A DNA stretch of 64,000 nt from Prolixibacteraceae bacterium (lineage in GTDB: Bacteria; Bacteroidota; Bacteroidia; Bacteroidales; Prolixibacteraceae). How positions within the stretch are numbered: the first letter of the stretch is position 1; each line of letters begins with the position of its first letter. The notes below the pieces were generated by a model. The model was given only the letters and a program-made list of their open reading frames with translations. It searched no databases and had not been told where the DNA came from. The stretch is from positions 1,455-65,454 of the forward strand of contig JAONJW010000008.1 in assembly GCA_028377305.1 (NCBI GenBank), read 5' to 3'. A program made the translations under genes and the position numbers. Of this stretch, positions 48,787 through 60,400 are shown one piece after another.

Positions 48787-50220
48787 TTATCTTTTAGAGA
48801 ATAGCGCAAAAATACTGAAAATTTCTAAACGACCTAAAAGCATATTCCCACTTAAGAGATATTTTCCGACATCTGGGATAGAGCTAAAATTGCCAAGAGA
48901 ACTCACATTTCCGAACCCTGGTCCCACATTACCCATACAAGTTGCAGAAGCACTAAAAGAGGTAAACAGATCAATATCCATTGCTGTTAATGCCAAAGTT
49001 GTGGCAAAAATAACCACAAGATAAATCACAATAAAAGTAATGGCACCAGAGATGGTCTCTTCAGACAGTGTCATCTTACCAATCTTAGAAGTTGCAATCG
49101 CTCTAGGATGTTGAATCTTCTTCAATTGATTTAACATTCCCTTCCATAGGATCATAACGCGATTGACTTTTATCCCACCAGATGTAGAGCCTGCACATGC
49201 ACATTGTAGTGTAAAGAATATCAATATCACCTGTGTAAATGGAGGCCATATAGCCGTATCACAAGTAGCAAAGCCGGTGGTAGTACCTACTGAGATCAAC
49301 TGAAAAGAGGCATATCTAGCTGCGGTAAGAAAATCTGGATAATATCCATCCGCAACAAGTTTTATTGAAACAACAACCGTAGCGATAGCCATTCCTCCCA
49401 AATAATATCGTACTATAGTGGAAGTATACACATTCGATTTTTTACCTAAGGCCGTCATATATAATAGTCCAAAATGTATTCCTGAGATCAGCATAAAGAA
49501 ATTGATCACCATCTCAATAGAGACACTATCAAAAGCTGCAACACTCATATTCATGGTAGAGAAGCCTCCGGTCGCAATCGTTGCGAAGGAGTGGTTGAGT
49601 GCATCAAACCATCCCATACCACAAAACATCAATAGGAGCGTTTCTGCGAGCGTAAGCACTAAGTATACAACCAATATAATTCGTATGGATTTCTTCGTTG
49701 TATACCTAAGATCCTCTTTGGCTAAAGGAGACACCTCGTTACTATACAGCACTAATTTGGCTTGACCTGACTGGGGCAAGATTGCTAATACAAAGATAAT
49801 AATTCCAATTCCCCCTAACCAGTGTGTAGAAGAACGCCAAAAAAGGATTCCCCTTGGAAGTGTTTGAATTTCATTGAGAATCGTAGAGCCAGTAGTGGTG
49901 AAGCCTGAGACACTCTCAAAAACAGCATTTGCCAAAGTAAACTCTCCTCCATATAGAACGTAAGGGACAATACCAATAACACATGAAAGAATCCACCCTA
50001 AAACCACGATAGCCAACCCCTCATGATTGCTTATGTTATCAATCTTGGGAATAAAGATATAAGGAGAAACACCAAATACAATCGCCAATATACTACTAAA
50101 AAACAGAGCCAACTCTCCTCCATCGCCATAACCTAAAGCCATCAGGAATGCTATAAAAAGAAATGTCCCATTCAACAAACACACTAGTCCTAATTGGCGG
50201 ATGATTACATATCCTCTCAT
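48787..50220 (-). CDS. trkH: TrkH potassium uptake membrane protein
   Basis: Four P-loops: SGFTTTG, ATGGFS, TTTGF, GNVGPG; LLGRLE. Confidence 0.95.
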   Translation of the reverse strand: MRGYVIIRQLGLVCLLNGTFLFIAFLMALGYGDGGELALFFSSILAIVFGVSPYIFIPKIDNISNHEGLAIVVLGWILSCVIGIVPYVLYGGEFTLANAVFESVSGFTTTGSTILNEIQTLPRGILFWRSSTHWLGGIGIIIFVLAILPQSGQAKLVLYSNEVSPLAKEDLRYTTKKSIRIILVVYLVLTLAETLLLMFCGMGWFDALNHSFATIATGGFSTMNMSVAAFDSVSIEMVINFFMLISGIHFGLLYMTALGKKSNVYTSTIVRYYLGGMAIATVVVSIKLVADGYYPDFLTAARYASFQLISVGTTTGFATCDTAIWPPFTQVILIFFTLQCACAGSTSGGIKVNRVMILWKGMLNQLKKIQHPRAIATSKIGKMTLSEETISGAITFIVIYLVVIFATTLALTAMDIDLFTSFSASATCMGNVGPGFGNVSSLGNFSSIPDVGKYLLSGNMLLGRLEIFSIFALFSKR

Positions 50221-50229
50221 ATTCTACAT

Positions 50230-50973
50230 TTAGTGATTTTTATTGGTTAACTTTTTGATCACATCTGCTAAACTCTTCAACTCATCATTTGTTTGAATAT
50301 TTACATCAAAAGGCCTTCCATACTTTAAGCTATCCGTCGCACGATCTTTGATTCGAAGCAGTGGATTTACAAAGAAATGGTTTACTAAATAAGTAAAGAT
50401 TGCAATAAACATAAGCAGTGCAACGACAACCACTATCCCAGGGATAATAGCCCTCCTAGCTCGTTCTTTTAGATTAGTAGAGGTGCTATACAATGCATCT
50501 TGATTAATCTTTTGAATCGTTTTGACTTCATGACGCATCACTGTAATCATTCGATAAGGCTTCTCATAATACCATTTTAACGTCGCAGTTTGTTGATTGA
50601 ATAATGTGGAATCTTTCATCATATTCAAGGCAGAAAGATGAGTTTCTAACGATTGAATACTCGCTTTACCAACCGCATCTAACGTATCGTTCTTTACTAT
50701 ATTATAACCTTTAATGAAAGTATTAGACCCATCCTCCAACTCTTCATAACCATCATTCCATTGACCTTGAAGAATTAAAAGAATACCATTATTTTGCTTC
50801 TCAAGCCCTACAAGCATCTGATTCGAAGCCTCAATATTCTTGTAATTTTCTCCTAAAATACGATTTATGGAGATGCCTATCCTAGAAAATTCTATTCCAG
50901 AGATGGCACCAGCAACAATCATTAATATTGCCATGATAAAAAAACCAGCAAATATTTTAACACGTATCTTCAT
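50230..50973 (-). CDS. Membrane sensor-like protein: TM - four-helix bundle - TM - HAMP, with no output domain
   Basis: MKIR.KI..GF TM1, IL.ENY..I.AS.QM sensor helix, TM2, NPL..I....DELKSL HAMP-like end, then stop. Confidence 0.75.
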   Translation of the reverse strand: MKIRVKIFAGFFIMAILMIVAGAISGIEFSRIGISINRILGENYKNIEASNQMLVGLEKQNNGILLILQGQWNDGYEELEDGSNTFIKGYNIVKNDTLDAVGKASIQSLETHLSALNMMKDSTLFNQQTATLKWYYEKPYRMITVMRHEVKTIQKINQDALYSTSTNLKERARRAIIPGIVVVVALLMFIAIFTYLVNHFFVNPLLRIKDRATDSLKYGRPFDVNIQTNDELKSLADVIKKLTNKNH

Positions 50974-51072
50974 TCCTTCCTTCTAAAAATATAATATGAT
51001 CTTAAATATGTACAGTTTTGAGATATAATTTGTTCAATCAACGTGAGATGTAATGCAAAAAGTATCTCTGTA

Positions 51073-51140
51073 CAAATGTAGAAAGAATAATAAGTATATC
51101 TTTGCAAAAAATTAAGAAACTAATTAATATTTTACATTTG
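51073..51140. promoter_or_regulatory. Divergent primary-sigma -7 boxes
   Basis: TACATTTG on minus (51073-80); TATCTTTG (51097-104) and TACATTTG (51133-40) on plus. Confidence 0.6.
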
Positions 51141-51223
51141 TGTAATTTTTACTTAACACATTAGACCAACAATATAGGAAGTGCCGAACAACGCTTCCTC
51201 CATCAAATTGAAATATTTATTAT

Positions 51224-51952
51224 ATGAAGAAATTATTGATCTATCTTACCTCTATTATCCGACTGATTCTTCTTTTTGTCTACTCATTTATTCTGGCATC
51301 CTTAGGCTTGATTATTTGGTATCTGAAAGGAAAGAATGTTCAGTTTGGGCAAACCATTAGTTACATCTGGGCCAACGGTTCTCTATGGCTTCTTAATATT
51401 CATATCCAATACAAAGGAATTAAGCCAAAAGATGGTGGTATTATCATGTCCAATCATCAGGGATATCTAGATATCTTTACACTATTAGCTCAAGGACGCT
51501 ACTCTATTGTTGCCAAAGAAGAAATTGGAAAGTGGCCTATTATTGGCAGAGCAGCGGATATGATTCATATGATCTTAGTAAATCGTAGAAGTGCTGCATC
51601 CATGGTTAAAGTGATGAATACACTTAAAGCGGAGTTGCAACTTGGGAATAACATCATTTTGTTTCCGGAGGGGAAAACACACGCAGGGAATAAGACTGCT
51701 CCATTTAAGAGGGGGGCTTTCAAAGTTGCTACAGATCTTGGAGTTCCAATCAATCCTGTTGCAATTATATATCATAATCCCAAAGATGCATGGACTAAGA
51801 ACGTCACATTTGTTCCACATTTTTTAAATCAAATGGGAAAATGGAGAACCGATTTAACAGTATCATTTGGTCAACCAGTACAATCCAATGATCTAACAAC
51901 ATTAATGAACCAAACCAAAGAAGCTATTGACTCGCTTCTTGAGAACCGATAA
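51224..51952 (+). CDS. plsC: 1-acyl-sn-glycerol-3-phosphate acyltransferase family
   Basis: NHQGYLD (HX4D), FPEG, PFK.GAF. Confidence 0.88.
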   Translation: MKKLLIYLTSIIRLILLFVYSFILASLGLIIWYLKGKNVQFGQTISYIWANGSLWLLNIHIQYKGIKPKDGGIIMSNHQGYLDIFTLLAQGRYSIVAKEEIGKWPIIGRAADMIHMILVNRRSAASMVKVMNTLKAELQLGNNIILFPEGKTHAGNKTAPFKRGAFKVATDLGVPINPVAIIYHNPKDAWTKNVTFVPHFLNQMGKWRTDLTVSFGQPVQSNDLTTLMNQTKEAIDSLLENR

Positions 51953-51979
51953 GTCTCGTTTACAAAATAATGACAAAAC

Positions 51980-52039
51980 TTCGTTCTACGTTACAGATTT
52001 ATATAGTACATTTATTATAAATCTGTAGCATAGAACGAA
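51980..52039. terminator. Long imperfect hairpin between convergent genes
   Basis: TTCGTTCTA..TACAGATTTATA / TATAAATCTGTA..TAGAACGAA. Confidence 0.7.
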
Positions 52040-52075
52040 ATGAATAATTACCTATTGGACAGAAGAACTACCAGA

Positions 52076-53023
52076 CTAATTATTCACCGTACAACTAGTA
52101 TCTTCAATACACCGTATCGCTTCTTGTGCTGCAAGTCTCCCTATTTCAATCAAATCATTAGACTTATCAAACTCAAAGGTACTACATAGGTCTCTTGGTA
52201 TTTTAATCAAAACATCTGGTGGATAATCTCTAAGTATATAACTAGATAACTGCTCTTGCATCATGTCAAACATGTGGTTCATAGTAGAAAAATAGGACAA
52301 TGAACTTTTCCTATCACACTCACTTTCAGAGACATCATCAATAAAAAAATTAGAATACTTATGTACTAAGGAGACTACCTTATCAAATATAGGTCCTTGA
52401 AATTCGAAAGGGAGAAGATGATCCTCTTTCTCTGTTAACATAGACATCATTTTTGATCTTAACGGTGGATCCACATTTGCATTTAGATCTACGGCCACAT
52501 GCAAGTGTTGCTTCTCTTTCTTGATTCTATTCACCGGAATTGGATTACACACCCCTCCATCAAAAAGGGGCTCTTCATTGTGGACCACAGGAGTTAAGAA
52601 CCCTGGAATGGCTACAGAGGCTCTCATGGCTGTCAATAAATCCCCTCCATCAAATATTATCTCCTTTCGGTTTACCATATCACTAGCCACGGCAACATAA
52701 GGTATGGGAAGCTCTTCAATAGTAAGATCACCAACCCACTTCTCTAAATGACCAAAAACCCTTTTCCCTTGAATTAAACCAGTCTGACCAGAAAAATCAA
52801 GATCCATTAGATGAAACACATCCATTCGATTCAAATCACAAATCCACTTTGTATAGTCATCTAACCTTCCAGCGGCATATAAGCCTCCAATTACAGCCCC
52901 AATAGACGCACCAGCAATAGAGGTAATCTCATATCCTTGCGCTAAAAACTCCTTGATTACACCTATTTGTGTAATACCTCTGGCCCCACCACTCGACAGG
53001 GTTAGAGCGATCTCTTTTTTCAT
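52076..53023 (-). CDS. Patatin-like phospholipase (RssA/NTE family)
   Basis: LSSGGARG, GASIG, RASVAIPG, DGG. Confidence 0.92.
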   Translation of the reverse strand: MKKEIALTLSSGGARGITQIGVIKEFLAQGYEITSIAGASIGAVIGGLYAAGRLDDYTKWICDLNRMDVFHLMDLDFSGQTGLIQGKRVFGHLEKWVGDLTIEELPIPYVAVASDMVNRKEIIFDGGDLLTAMRASVAIPGFLTPVVHNEEPLFDGGVCNPIPVNRIKKEKQHLHVAVDLNANVDPPLRSKMMSMLTEKEDHLLPFEFQGPIFDKVVSLVHKYSNFFIDDVSESECDRKSSLSYFSTMNHMFDMMQEQLSSYILRDYPPDVLIKIPRDLCSTFEFDKSNDLIEIGRLAAQEAIRCIEDTSCTVNN

Positions 53024-53118
53024 ATGTCATTAAGTGTTTATAGATCTAAAACAATAAAAGGAAATACTAGCATAGCATCTCCTTTATTAAAATAGTAATT
53101 ATTAAACAATTGTTCGAA

Positions 53119-54120
53119 CTACTCTTTGTTTTCCTTGATATAAACCTCTAAAAGTTTGGCTTCTCCTTTTGGTCGAAGCGTAAAATTCTCAAGAGATGCA
53201 GGAACCAATACTGTCTCTCCTAATCCTACTTCCAATTTTCCTTGTTCCCATTCAATATCATAAGTTCCTTCAAGACACATATAAATCACAAATGAATCAA
53301 GCTTATTATAATTCTTTTCAACCGTTTCGGTAAGCTCTAAAACATTGGTCGTAAAATATTGACAAGAAACAACTTCAGATGAGCTGTTTTTGGTTACTTG
53401 ATAATCTGTACGATAGTTATCCTCTTTTGTAAAATCAATTGCATCTACTGCCAAATCAGTATGAAGTTCACGTCCATTACCTTGTGCATCTTTTCTATTG
53501 AAATCATAGATACGATAGGTGACATCGGAGGTTTGCTGGATCTCTGCAACCAATAATCCACTTCCAATAGCGTGAACACGACCTGCTGGCATAAAGAATA
53601 TATCGCCTGCATTCACCGCCTCGGTATTCAACATCTCCATTACAGTGTTATTCTCCACAGCCTGAACATACTCATCTTTGGTTACCTCTTTTGAGAAACC
53701 TGAGATCAATGTACTCCCTTTGTCAGCCTGAACAACATACCACATTTCCGTCTTCCCAAAGGCATTATGCCTCTCTTTAGACAAAGTATCATCGGGATGC
53801 ACTTGAATAGACAAATCATCATTCGCATCAATAAATTTGATTAGCAAAGGAAATTCAGTTCCAAATGTTTCGTAAACACTATCCCCTACTAACTCTCCCA
53901 TATATACCTCAATAAGATCTTGAAGATCATTACCTGCTAAAAATCCGTTAGCAACTGTAGAGATATCACCCTCTACACCTGATATTTCCCAAGATTCTCC
54001 GGCATTAGGAAGCGGCGCAATTTTTTTACCTAAAATATTTTCTAATTTCTCTCCACCCCAGATTTTATCTTTCAAAATTGGAGTAAACTTGAAAGGATAC
54101 AACCCTTTTAGACTGTCCAT
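53119..54120 (-). CDS. manA: Mannose-6-phosphate isomerase, type I
   Basis: KIWGG, GESWE, FPLLIKFIDA..DLSIQVHP, GKTEMWY, HAIG, EIQQTSD.TYR.YD. Confidence 0.93.
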   Translation of the reverse strand: MDSLKGLYPFKFTPILKDKIWGGEKLENILGKKIAPLPNAGESWEISGVEGDISTVANGFLAGNDLQDLIEVYMGELVGDSVYETFGTEFPLLIKFIDANDDLSIQVHPDDTLSKERHNAFGKTEMWYVVQADKGSTLISGFSKEVTKDEYVQAVENNTVMEMLNTEAVNAGDIFFMPAGRVHAIGSGLLVAEIQQTSDVTYRIYDFNRKDAQGNGRELHTDLAVDAIDFTKEDNYRTDYQVTKNSSSEVVSCQYFTTNVLELTETVEKNYNKLDSFVIYMCLEGTYDIEWEQGKLEVGLGETVLVPASLENFTLRPKGEAKLLEVYIKENKE

Positions 54121-54138
54121 CTTATTTTTTTTATATTT

Positions 54139-54447
54139 TTAGAATTCAAAATCAACACATGCACGTCCTACGGCATATTGTTTGACTACTTTCACCACAT
54201 CTTGATGAAGAGGATGTTCCTGATAAATATCAACATCAACTAAGGTTTCAAAATGTGTTATCAAGGCAATATCGAACGAGTCAGACTCTAATGAATGATG
54301 AAGTTGCACTTCAATATACTTTAACTGTTCGATCTTTCCATCAAGCCCCATAAGAGCCGCTTTAACTTCCTCTAAAGCAGCCTTTTTATCTTCAGGTTGC
54401 TGAAAATCCTTCACTTTAAATAAAACAGTATGATTAATCATGTTCAA
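54139..54447 (-). CDS. Dabb (stress-responsive A/B barrel) protein
   Basis: MINHTVLFK, F......Y.EHP.H, DFE terminus; TACCTTTG box at 54477-84. Confidence 0.88.
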   Translation of the reverse strand: MNMINHTVLFKVKDFQQPEDKKAALEEVKAALMGLDGKIEQLKYIEVQLHHSLESDSFDIALITHFETLVDVDIYQEHPLHQDVVKVVKQYAVGRACVDFEF

Positions 54448-54697
54448 TTTATTTTACATTTGAATTACAACACAAACAAAGGTAATAGAAAAGTTGTTCA
54501 TGTCTTATATTTTTATCTTCATAAATACGTAAAAAAAATTAACACCTAAAGCATCAAATTCTCTTTATAAAAAATTAATAATTGCCTATATACAGAAAAG
54601 TCGCAACTTTAATAATGGTACTCAAAATCGTGGTATAATTTTTGTATATTTACAAAGTGATAAGTTATTTTTAACGTAATTGACTTTTCTAAATAGG

Positions 54698-55720
54698 ATG
54701 ATGACTAAATTTATTGGACGCTTTACGCTGCTTGTATTATTATTGGGAACAATCTCATGTAAAATGACATATATTATCCCTATTGAGCAGATTGGAGACA
54801 CTAAAAACAGAATTCCAACAGAAGACCAAACAGTGGTAGTGGTCAACAGAGGAAATAACTACTTGAGCAATACTTTGGACTCTCTAACGATACAAAGTTA
54901 CTTCTTATCTCATAAACTTATTGGAGATACGATTATCAATAGCGATATCGTTACGGATATAGCCACACAGAGTATGGCCGACCAACTATATAATCAAAAC
55001 AAAGAAGTCATACTTGATCTATCAACTCTTCGAAAGGACATAAAAACCAATGATTCAACCCAGATAATTAAGCCTCCTCTAACAGAAGCACAAATGCTTC
55101 TTCTATATTCGCAACACCGTGTACCAAAAGCACTTGTTTTAGAGGGAATAATCACTCAAATCCAAAGTACTGTATATGATTCGGAATATAGTATGAAACT
55201 GATGAACATAGAAGTTACAGGGAAATATGTTGCTGTTTGGAGATACTATGATCTCGAAAAAAGAAAGGTTCTGTTCACAAAGAAGAAAGAGGCTTCACTA
55301 TATTGGAATGCCGATGGCTACAACTTGAACACATTGGTTAATAGAATCCCTCCATTTTATCAAATTAATGGAAATATCGCCTATATCAGCAGTGAAGATA
55401 TCTCTAAGCTATTTGAGCCGGTGTGGAATAAAACGACAAGAAATTTCTTTTTTCTAAACAAGAAATATGAAGAAGAGCAGATCGTTCCGCAAGCAAAGGA
55501 TTTTAAATGGAAGAAAGTATTTAAATACTATCAAGAGTGCCTTAATAGTGACGAATATAAAACTGATGCATATAAGATCTACCATAATCTTGCTGTATGC
55601 AGCGAAATGATGGGAAATCAGACACGAGCTTTGGAGTTGATAAATCATGCTCTGAGCATCAAAAATTCATACCCTTCAAGCTTTTATAAACGACAACTTA
55701 TTCTATTAAATGTCGAATAG
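54698..55720 (+). CDS. DUF6340-like lipoprotein with C-terminal TPR
   Basis: Lipobox TISC, VVVNR, W..YD, P.W....R, HNLAV..E..G....A; start uncertain (54680-54701). Confidence 0.65.
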   Translation: MMTKFIGRFTLLVLLLGTISCKMTYIIPIEQIGDTKNRIPTEDQTVVVVNRGNNYLSNTLDSLTIQSYFLSHKLIGDTIINSDIVTDIATQSMADQLYNQNKEVILDLSTLRKDIKTNDSTQIIKPPLTEAQMLLLYSQHRVPKALVLEGIITQIQSTVYDSEYSMKLMNIEVTGKYVAVWRYYDLEKRKVLFTKKKEASLYWNADGYNLNTLVNRIPPFYQINGNIAYISSEDISKLFEPVWNKTTRNFFFLNKKYEEEQIVPQAKDFKWKKVFKYYQECLNSDEYKTDAYKIYHNLAVCSEMMGNQTRALELINHALSIKNSYPSSFYKRQLILLNVE

Positions 55721-55783
55721 AAATTTGTTACCTCTTCTCCTTTATTATTTCCATCTTTTTTTACTAATTTGCAAAAAAAAGAT

Positions 55784-56092
55784 ATGGCAAAAAAGATAGA
55801 TGTACAAGAGGAAATGGTAAATGAGATTATCGAATTGGTAGCTCAAGTGATGGGGCACACAATCGGTTATCAAGAAATTGCACCACTCATCGACAAGATC
55901 ATTTCAATCACAGAAGAGGAGCGTAATGATCAACGCATCTTCAACACCATTGCAGAACACCTTTCTCTGAAGAAAGATGACATGAGGGTAGAACAGATTT
56001 ACACAATTATCTCCTTAAACCCACTAACTCAAACTTATCAACCATTTCAAGACCCGAAACTAGAGGCATTAAAAAAGCAGATGGAGTCATAA
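55784..56092 (+). CDS. Hypothetical protein
   Basis: Clean 102-aa ORF from the ATG at 55784, followed by a terminator. Confidence 0.7.
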   Translation: MAKKIDVQEEMVNEIIELVAQVMGHTIGYQEIAPLIDKIISITEEERNDQRIFNTIAEHLSLKKDDMRVEQIYTIISLNPLTQTYQPFQDPKLEALKKQMES

Positions 56093-56126
56093 GATTGATA
56101 TTAAACAAACCTTATTTATAAAGATC

Positions 56127-56177
56127 AAAGACTACTGCTTGCTTTAATATATCAGAAGCACAACAGTAGTCTTTTTT
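56127..56177 (+). terminator. Intrinsic terminator
   Basis: AAAGACTACTG/CAGTAGTCTTT followed by a T-run. Confidence 0.7.
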
Positions 56178-56189
56178 ATCTTCCAACAT

Positions 56190-57416
56190 ATGAAAATCTT
56201 ACACACTTCGGACTGGCACATAGGACACAAATTACATCTTCAAGATAGAACAGAAGAACATCAAAACTTCTTCCATTGGCTAATCCAAACGATTAATAAT
56301 GAAGAGGTAGATGTGTTGATCGTATCAGGAGATATATTTGACATCGGGTATCCATCCAATCAGATGTTACACCTCTATTATCATTTTCTACTAGAGTTAA
56401 AAGACTCTTCTTGTAAAAGAATTATTATCACTGGTGGAAACCATGATCAAGCAAGTACTCTTAATGCCCCAAAAGAAATTCTAAAGGCCTTAAATATTGA
56501 TATCATAGGTGGGATGCCCAATGAGATGGAGAAAGAGGTTATTCGTATAGAGACTTCAAATCCGGAAAGACCACTAGTCATTATTGCGACCCCTTTTCTT
56601 CGAGATCGAGAAATCCGAAGATCTTCACCAGGCGAATCCTTTGAGACCAAGATGAAAGCGACAGCTCTTGGGATAGCAACACACTACAGAGAAGTCGTAG
56701 ATCATATAGTTAAAGATAACACAATCTCTCCAACCATTATTGCAATGGGGCATTTATTGGTCACAGGAGTATCCATGTCTGATAGTGAAAGAGAGATTCA
56801 TATTGGATCACTTCAAGGAGTCCCAATAGATAAATTTCCTCCAGAAATCGACTATTTTGCTTTAGGGCATATACATCGTCCACAAAAGATACAGGGAAAT
56901 GATCATATCCGTTATTGTGGATCTCCGATTCCACTATCTTTTTCAGAGCATAAGGATATAAAAAAAGTAATTCTTGTTGACATCGATGATGCGGACGGTA
57001 ATATATCGACCAAAGAGTTAGAGACACCAAAACTTCGTTATTGGAAAAGAACGAAAGGAACACTCACAGAAGTTCAACTAACACTTCAACAACATCAATC
57101 TGAATTGGAGAAGAAAGATTGGTTTGAGATACAGGTTATAGAGCCAACCTATGACCCCAATATCATATCAACCTATGAAAGTTGGCTAGAGAGTGAACGC
57201 GAAACGGATCAATATAAAATTATAAAAGAGAGTTTACAGTTTGTTCAGAATGATAATATTACAAGTGAACGAGATCAATACACAAAGGATCTTAGTGAAA
57301 TGTCTATTAAGGAAGTTTTTGCTTCTCTCATAGTTGATAAGGGAATTGAAGATAATGAACTTTTACTACAAACCCTTAATGAACTACTTCAGGATAATCC
57401 AACCCTATTAGATTGA
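56190..57416 (+). CDS. sbcD: Exonuclease SbcCD subunit D (Mre11-like)
   Basis: HTSDWHIG, SGDIFD, GNHD, GH, ALGHIHRPQ, Y.GSPIPLSFSE. Confidence 0.96.
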   Translation: MKILHTSDWHIGHKLHLQDRTEEHQNFFHWLIQTINNEEVDVLIVSGDIFDIGYPSNQMLHLYYHFLLELKDSSCKRIIITGGNHDQASTLNAPKEILKALNIDIIGGMPNEMEKEVIRIETSNPERPLVIIATPFLRDREIRRSSPGESFETKMKATALGIATHYREVVDHIVKDNTISPTIIAMGHLLVTGVSMSDSEREIHIGSLQGVPIDKFPPEIDYFALGHIHRPQKIQGNDHIRYCGSPIPLSFSEHKDIKKVILVDIDDADGNISTKELETPKLRYWKRTKGTLTEVQLTLQQHQSELEKKDWFEIQVIEPTYDPNIISTYESWLESERETDQYKIIKESLQFVQNDNITSERDQYTKDLSEMSIKEVFASLIVDKGIEDNELLLQTLNELLQDNPTLLD

Positions 57417-57420
57417 AACT

Positions 57421-60400
57421 ATGAAAATTCGTAACATCACAATAGAAAATATACATTCTCTTAAAGGCAGACATACTATTAACTTTGATCAGAAACCTCT
57501 TGCTGACACAGGTATATTTGCCATTATTGGACCAACGGGATCAGGTAAAAGTACGATATTAGACGCGATATGTTTGGCTCTCTTTAATCAAACACCAAGA
57601 ACAGGGAAGTTATCCAAGACTGAAGTAGCTAACTATGGTGCTATCATGACACGAAATACAAAAAGTGCACTCGCAGAAGTCACCTATGAAGTAAATGGAC
57701 AGACATACCGTTCTAAATGGATGATCTCCAGCACACGAACAGGCACACTTCGTGATTACGACATGGAGCTCGTGAAGATCAACGATGGAGAAGATGAAAT
57801 TATTTCAGTCAAGCGAAAGTATATTCCAACTGAAAATAGCCAAATCATTGGGTTGAACTTCGATCAGTTTATCAAATCCATGATGCTATCTCAAGGGGCC
57901 TTTACAAAATTCATTGAAGCCAACTCAAACGAACGAGGCGAACTATTAGAAAAATTAACAGGCACAGAAGTATACCGTAAAATTGGGATCGAAGCTTTCG
58001 ATAGGAATAAGGAGGAACAACAGAAGCTAGAACAGTTAAAATTAGAGCTTTCGTATCTACATATTCTAACTTCAGACGAATTACAGACTATTCAGTTAGA
58101 GAAGAAACAACATCTAGAGAAGATCGAAAACTTATTTGCGGAACTTAAAACAGCACAAAGTCAGCAACAACTTCATATTCAAAAAGAGGGTATCATAGCC
58201 CAAATCCAGAAAGACCAAGTCACAAAAGATTATATAACAGAAAAGCTTTTGTCTTTTGAGAAGAAAAGAGATCAGATCAGTCAACATGAAAAGATAACGC
58301 CTTACCTTGTTGATATAGATAAGTATAAGCAGAAAAAAAGTCTTTACATCGAGTGTAAAAGTGCTATTACAGAACTTCTAGGAGTAGTAGAGCGTGGAGC
58401 AATAGAATTGAAACTACATCAATCTTCTTTCAAGCAAGAGCAAGAACAATTAGATCTCGCAAAGGAGCAATATCTAAAACTCCAACCACTCTGGCAAGAA
58501 GTGGAACAATTAGATCAGAAGATAAATATCATTGCTGAAAATAGAGCAACCTTAGAGAAACAGAAAGCATCGTTAACCAAACAAGAAAACCATCGCGCCA
58601 TTCAGATTCAGTCTATTGATAGTCAGTTGTCACAACTTTCAATAGAACAAGAGAAACAAAAGAAGCTACTGGGACGTGAAAAAGAGATCGGGGCATATAA
58701 ATTAAATATAACACTAAATGAATCAACTTATAATCAATGGATTCAGTGTCGGAAAGAGATAAAGCAAATTATTCAACAACACTCAAATAATCCGACCATT
58801 ATATCTATTGAGCAGCAGTCTGAAATAGATGATAAGCTAGCACATATAACAAATAGCCAACAAGCTGCTTTAGAATATATTAAAACGAAGAGAGACGAGC
58901 TATCTGAACTTGATGAAACATCTTTAGATAAAGAGCATCATACAAATTCGCTGTTATTATCATCCATTACATCTCTTAAGACACTTCTAGAAAAAGAGCA
59001 CGAGATCAAAAATCTTATTGATCAAGAGATCAAAAATCAAGATCGAATTGATAGAGAACTTACTACGTTAAGGCAAGAGCTAGAACATAAGAAAGGACGA
59101 TATCAGATCTTGCAATTGAGACTTAAGGAGCTATTGACCAAACAAAAAAGAGAGCTATTAGAGGCAAAATACTCTGACGACCGTCAAAGACTGACTGTGG
59201 GAAGCCCATGCCCTCTTTGTGGTGCATTAGAACACCCCTATAGCGAACATGATGGAAAAACGAATATAGATAATACATCAAAAGAGATCAACAAGGCTGA
59301 AGAACAAGTGGCCTCCGAACAAAAAGCACTTGATAAGTTACAACAAAATCTCACGAAACTCCTTACGACGAAAGAGCAAGGAGGGGCATGGATAAAAAAG
59401 TGGAAACAGTTACTGGTTGAACAGCAAGAAGCAAAACATAAACTTACAAACACAAAATCCTATTTAAACAACACCCTTTCTCAACTAAATCTAAAGCAAA
59501 AAAAACTAGAGGATAGACAAGACCAAATCGATCAATTTAAAAGACTCTTTGGACAACTAAAAGATGCAACAATAAGAAAGATAATGATTGACGAACTCCA
59601 TCAGAAATATGAGCTACTACATGGTTATCAAAGTAATCTTCGTTCACATGGATTCCATAAAATCGAATCACCTCTGCTGTTAAAAGAAGAGATTGATAAC
59701 CGAAAGGAAATGATTTTGCACTTCGAAAAGGCAAAAGATCAATCTGAAAGAGTTGTAAAACAGGTCAACGATCTGCATTCTCAAAAACAGATCCATATCT
59801 CAGAGAAAAAGAGCGAGAGTCAACAAGCACAATCTCTACAAATGGAGATGGACAATATAGGTAATGAGCAGTCTAAAATAGCAAAAAAACGCATATCTCT
59901 TCTCGATGATAAGTCACCTAAAGAGGAGGAGAAGCATTGGCAAACCAAACTAACAGATCAGCAAGAGCATGTTACAATTCTCGAAAAAAAGAAGATCGTT
60001 GCAAATGAGAATTATGAGTTCCACAAAAAGAGTTTAAAACAGAACGAGGTAGAACTCGATCAGATCACAAAAGAGTTTAATAGCCTCTCGGAACAGATCC
60101 ATGATATCATTACTACTTTGGGATACTCTAACATTGAATCACTAATCCAAGATATTCTTTCTCAAGAACGTTATCAATTCTTAAAGGAGGAACTCAAACA
60201 GCTTGAAGAGCAAAAAATACGCGTATCGGAGTTATTGATACTTTCAGAAGAGAGACTCAAAAAGATCAAATCAGAAGTTGAACCAAATAGAGATATTACT
60301 TTTTGGAATAGCACCTTAGAGACACTTCAAAATCAACACAATGACTTATTGAAGGTGATGGGTATCATTGAAAACAAGTTAAAACAAAATGATCTCAACA

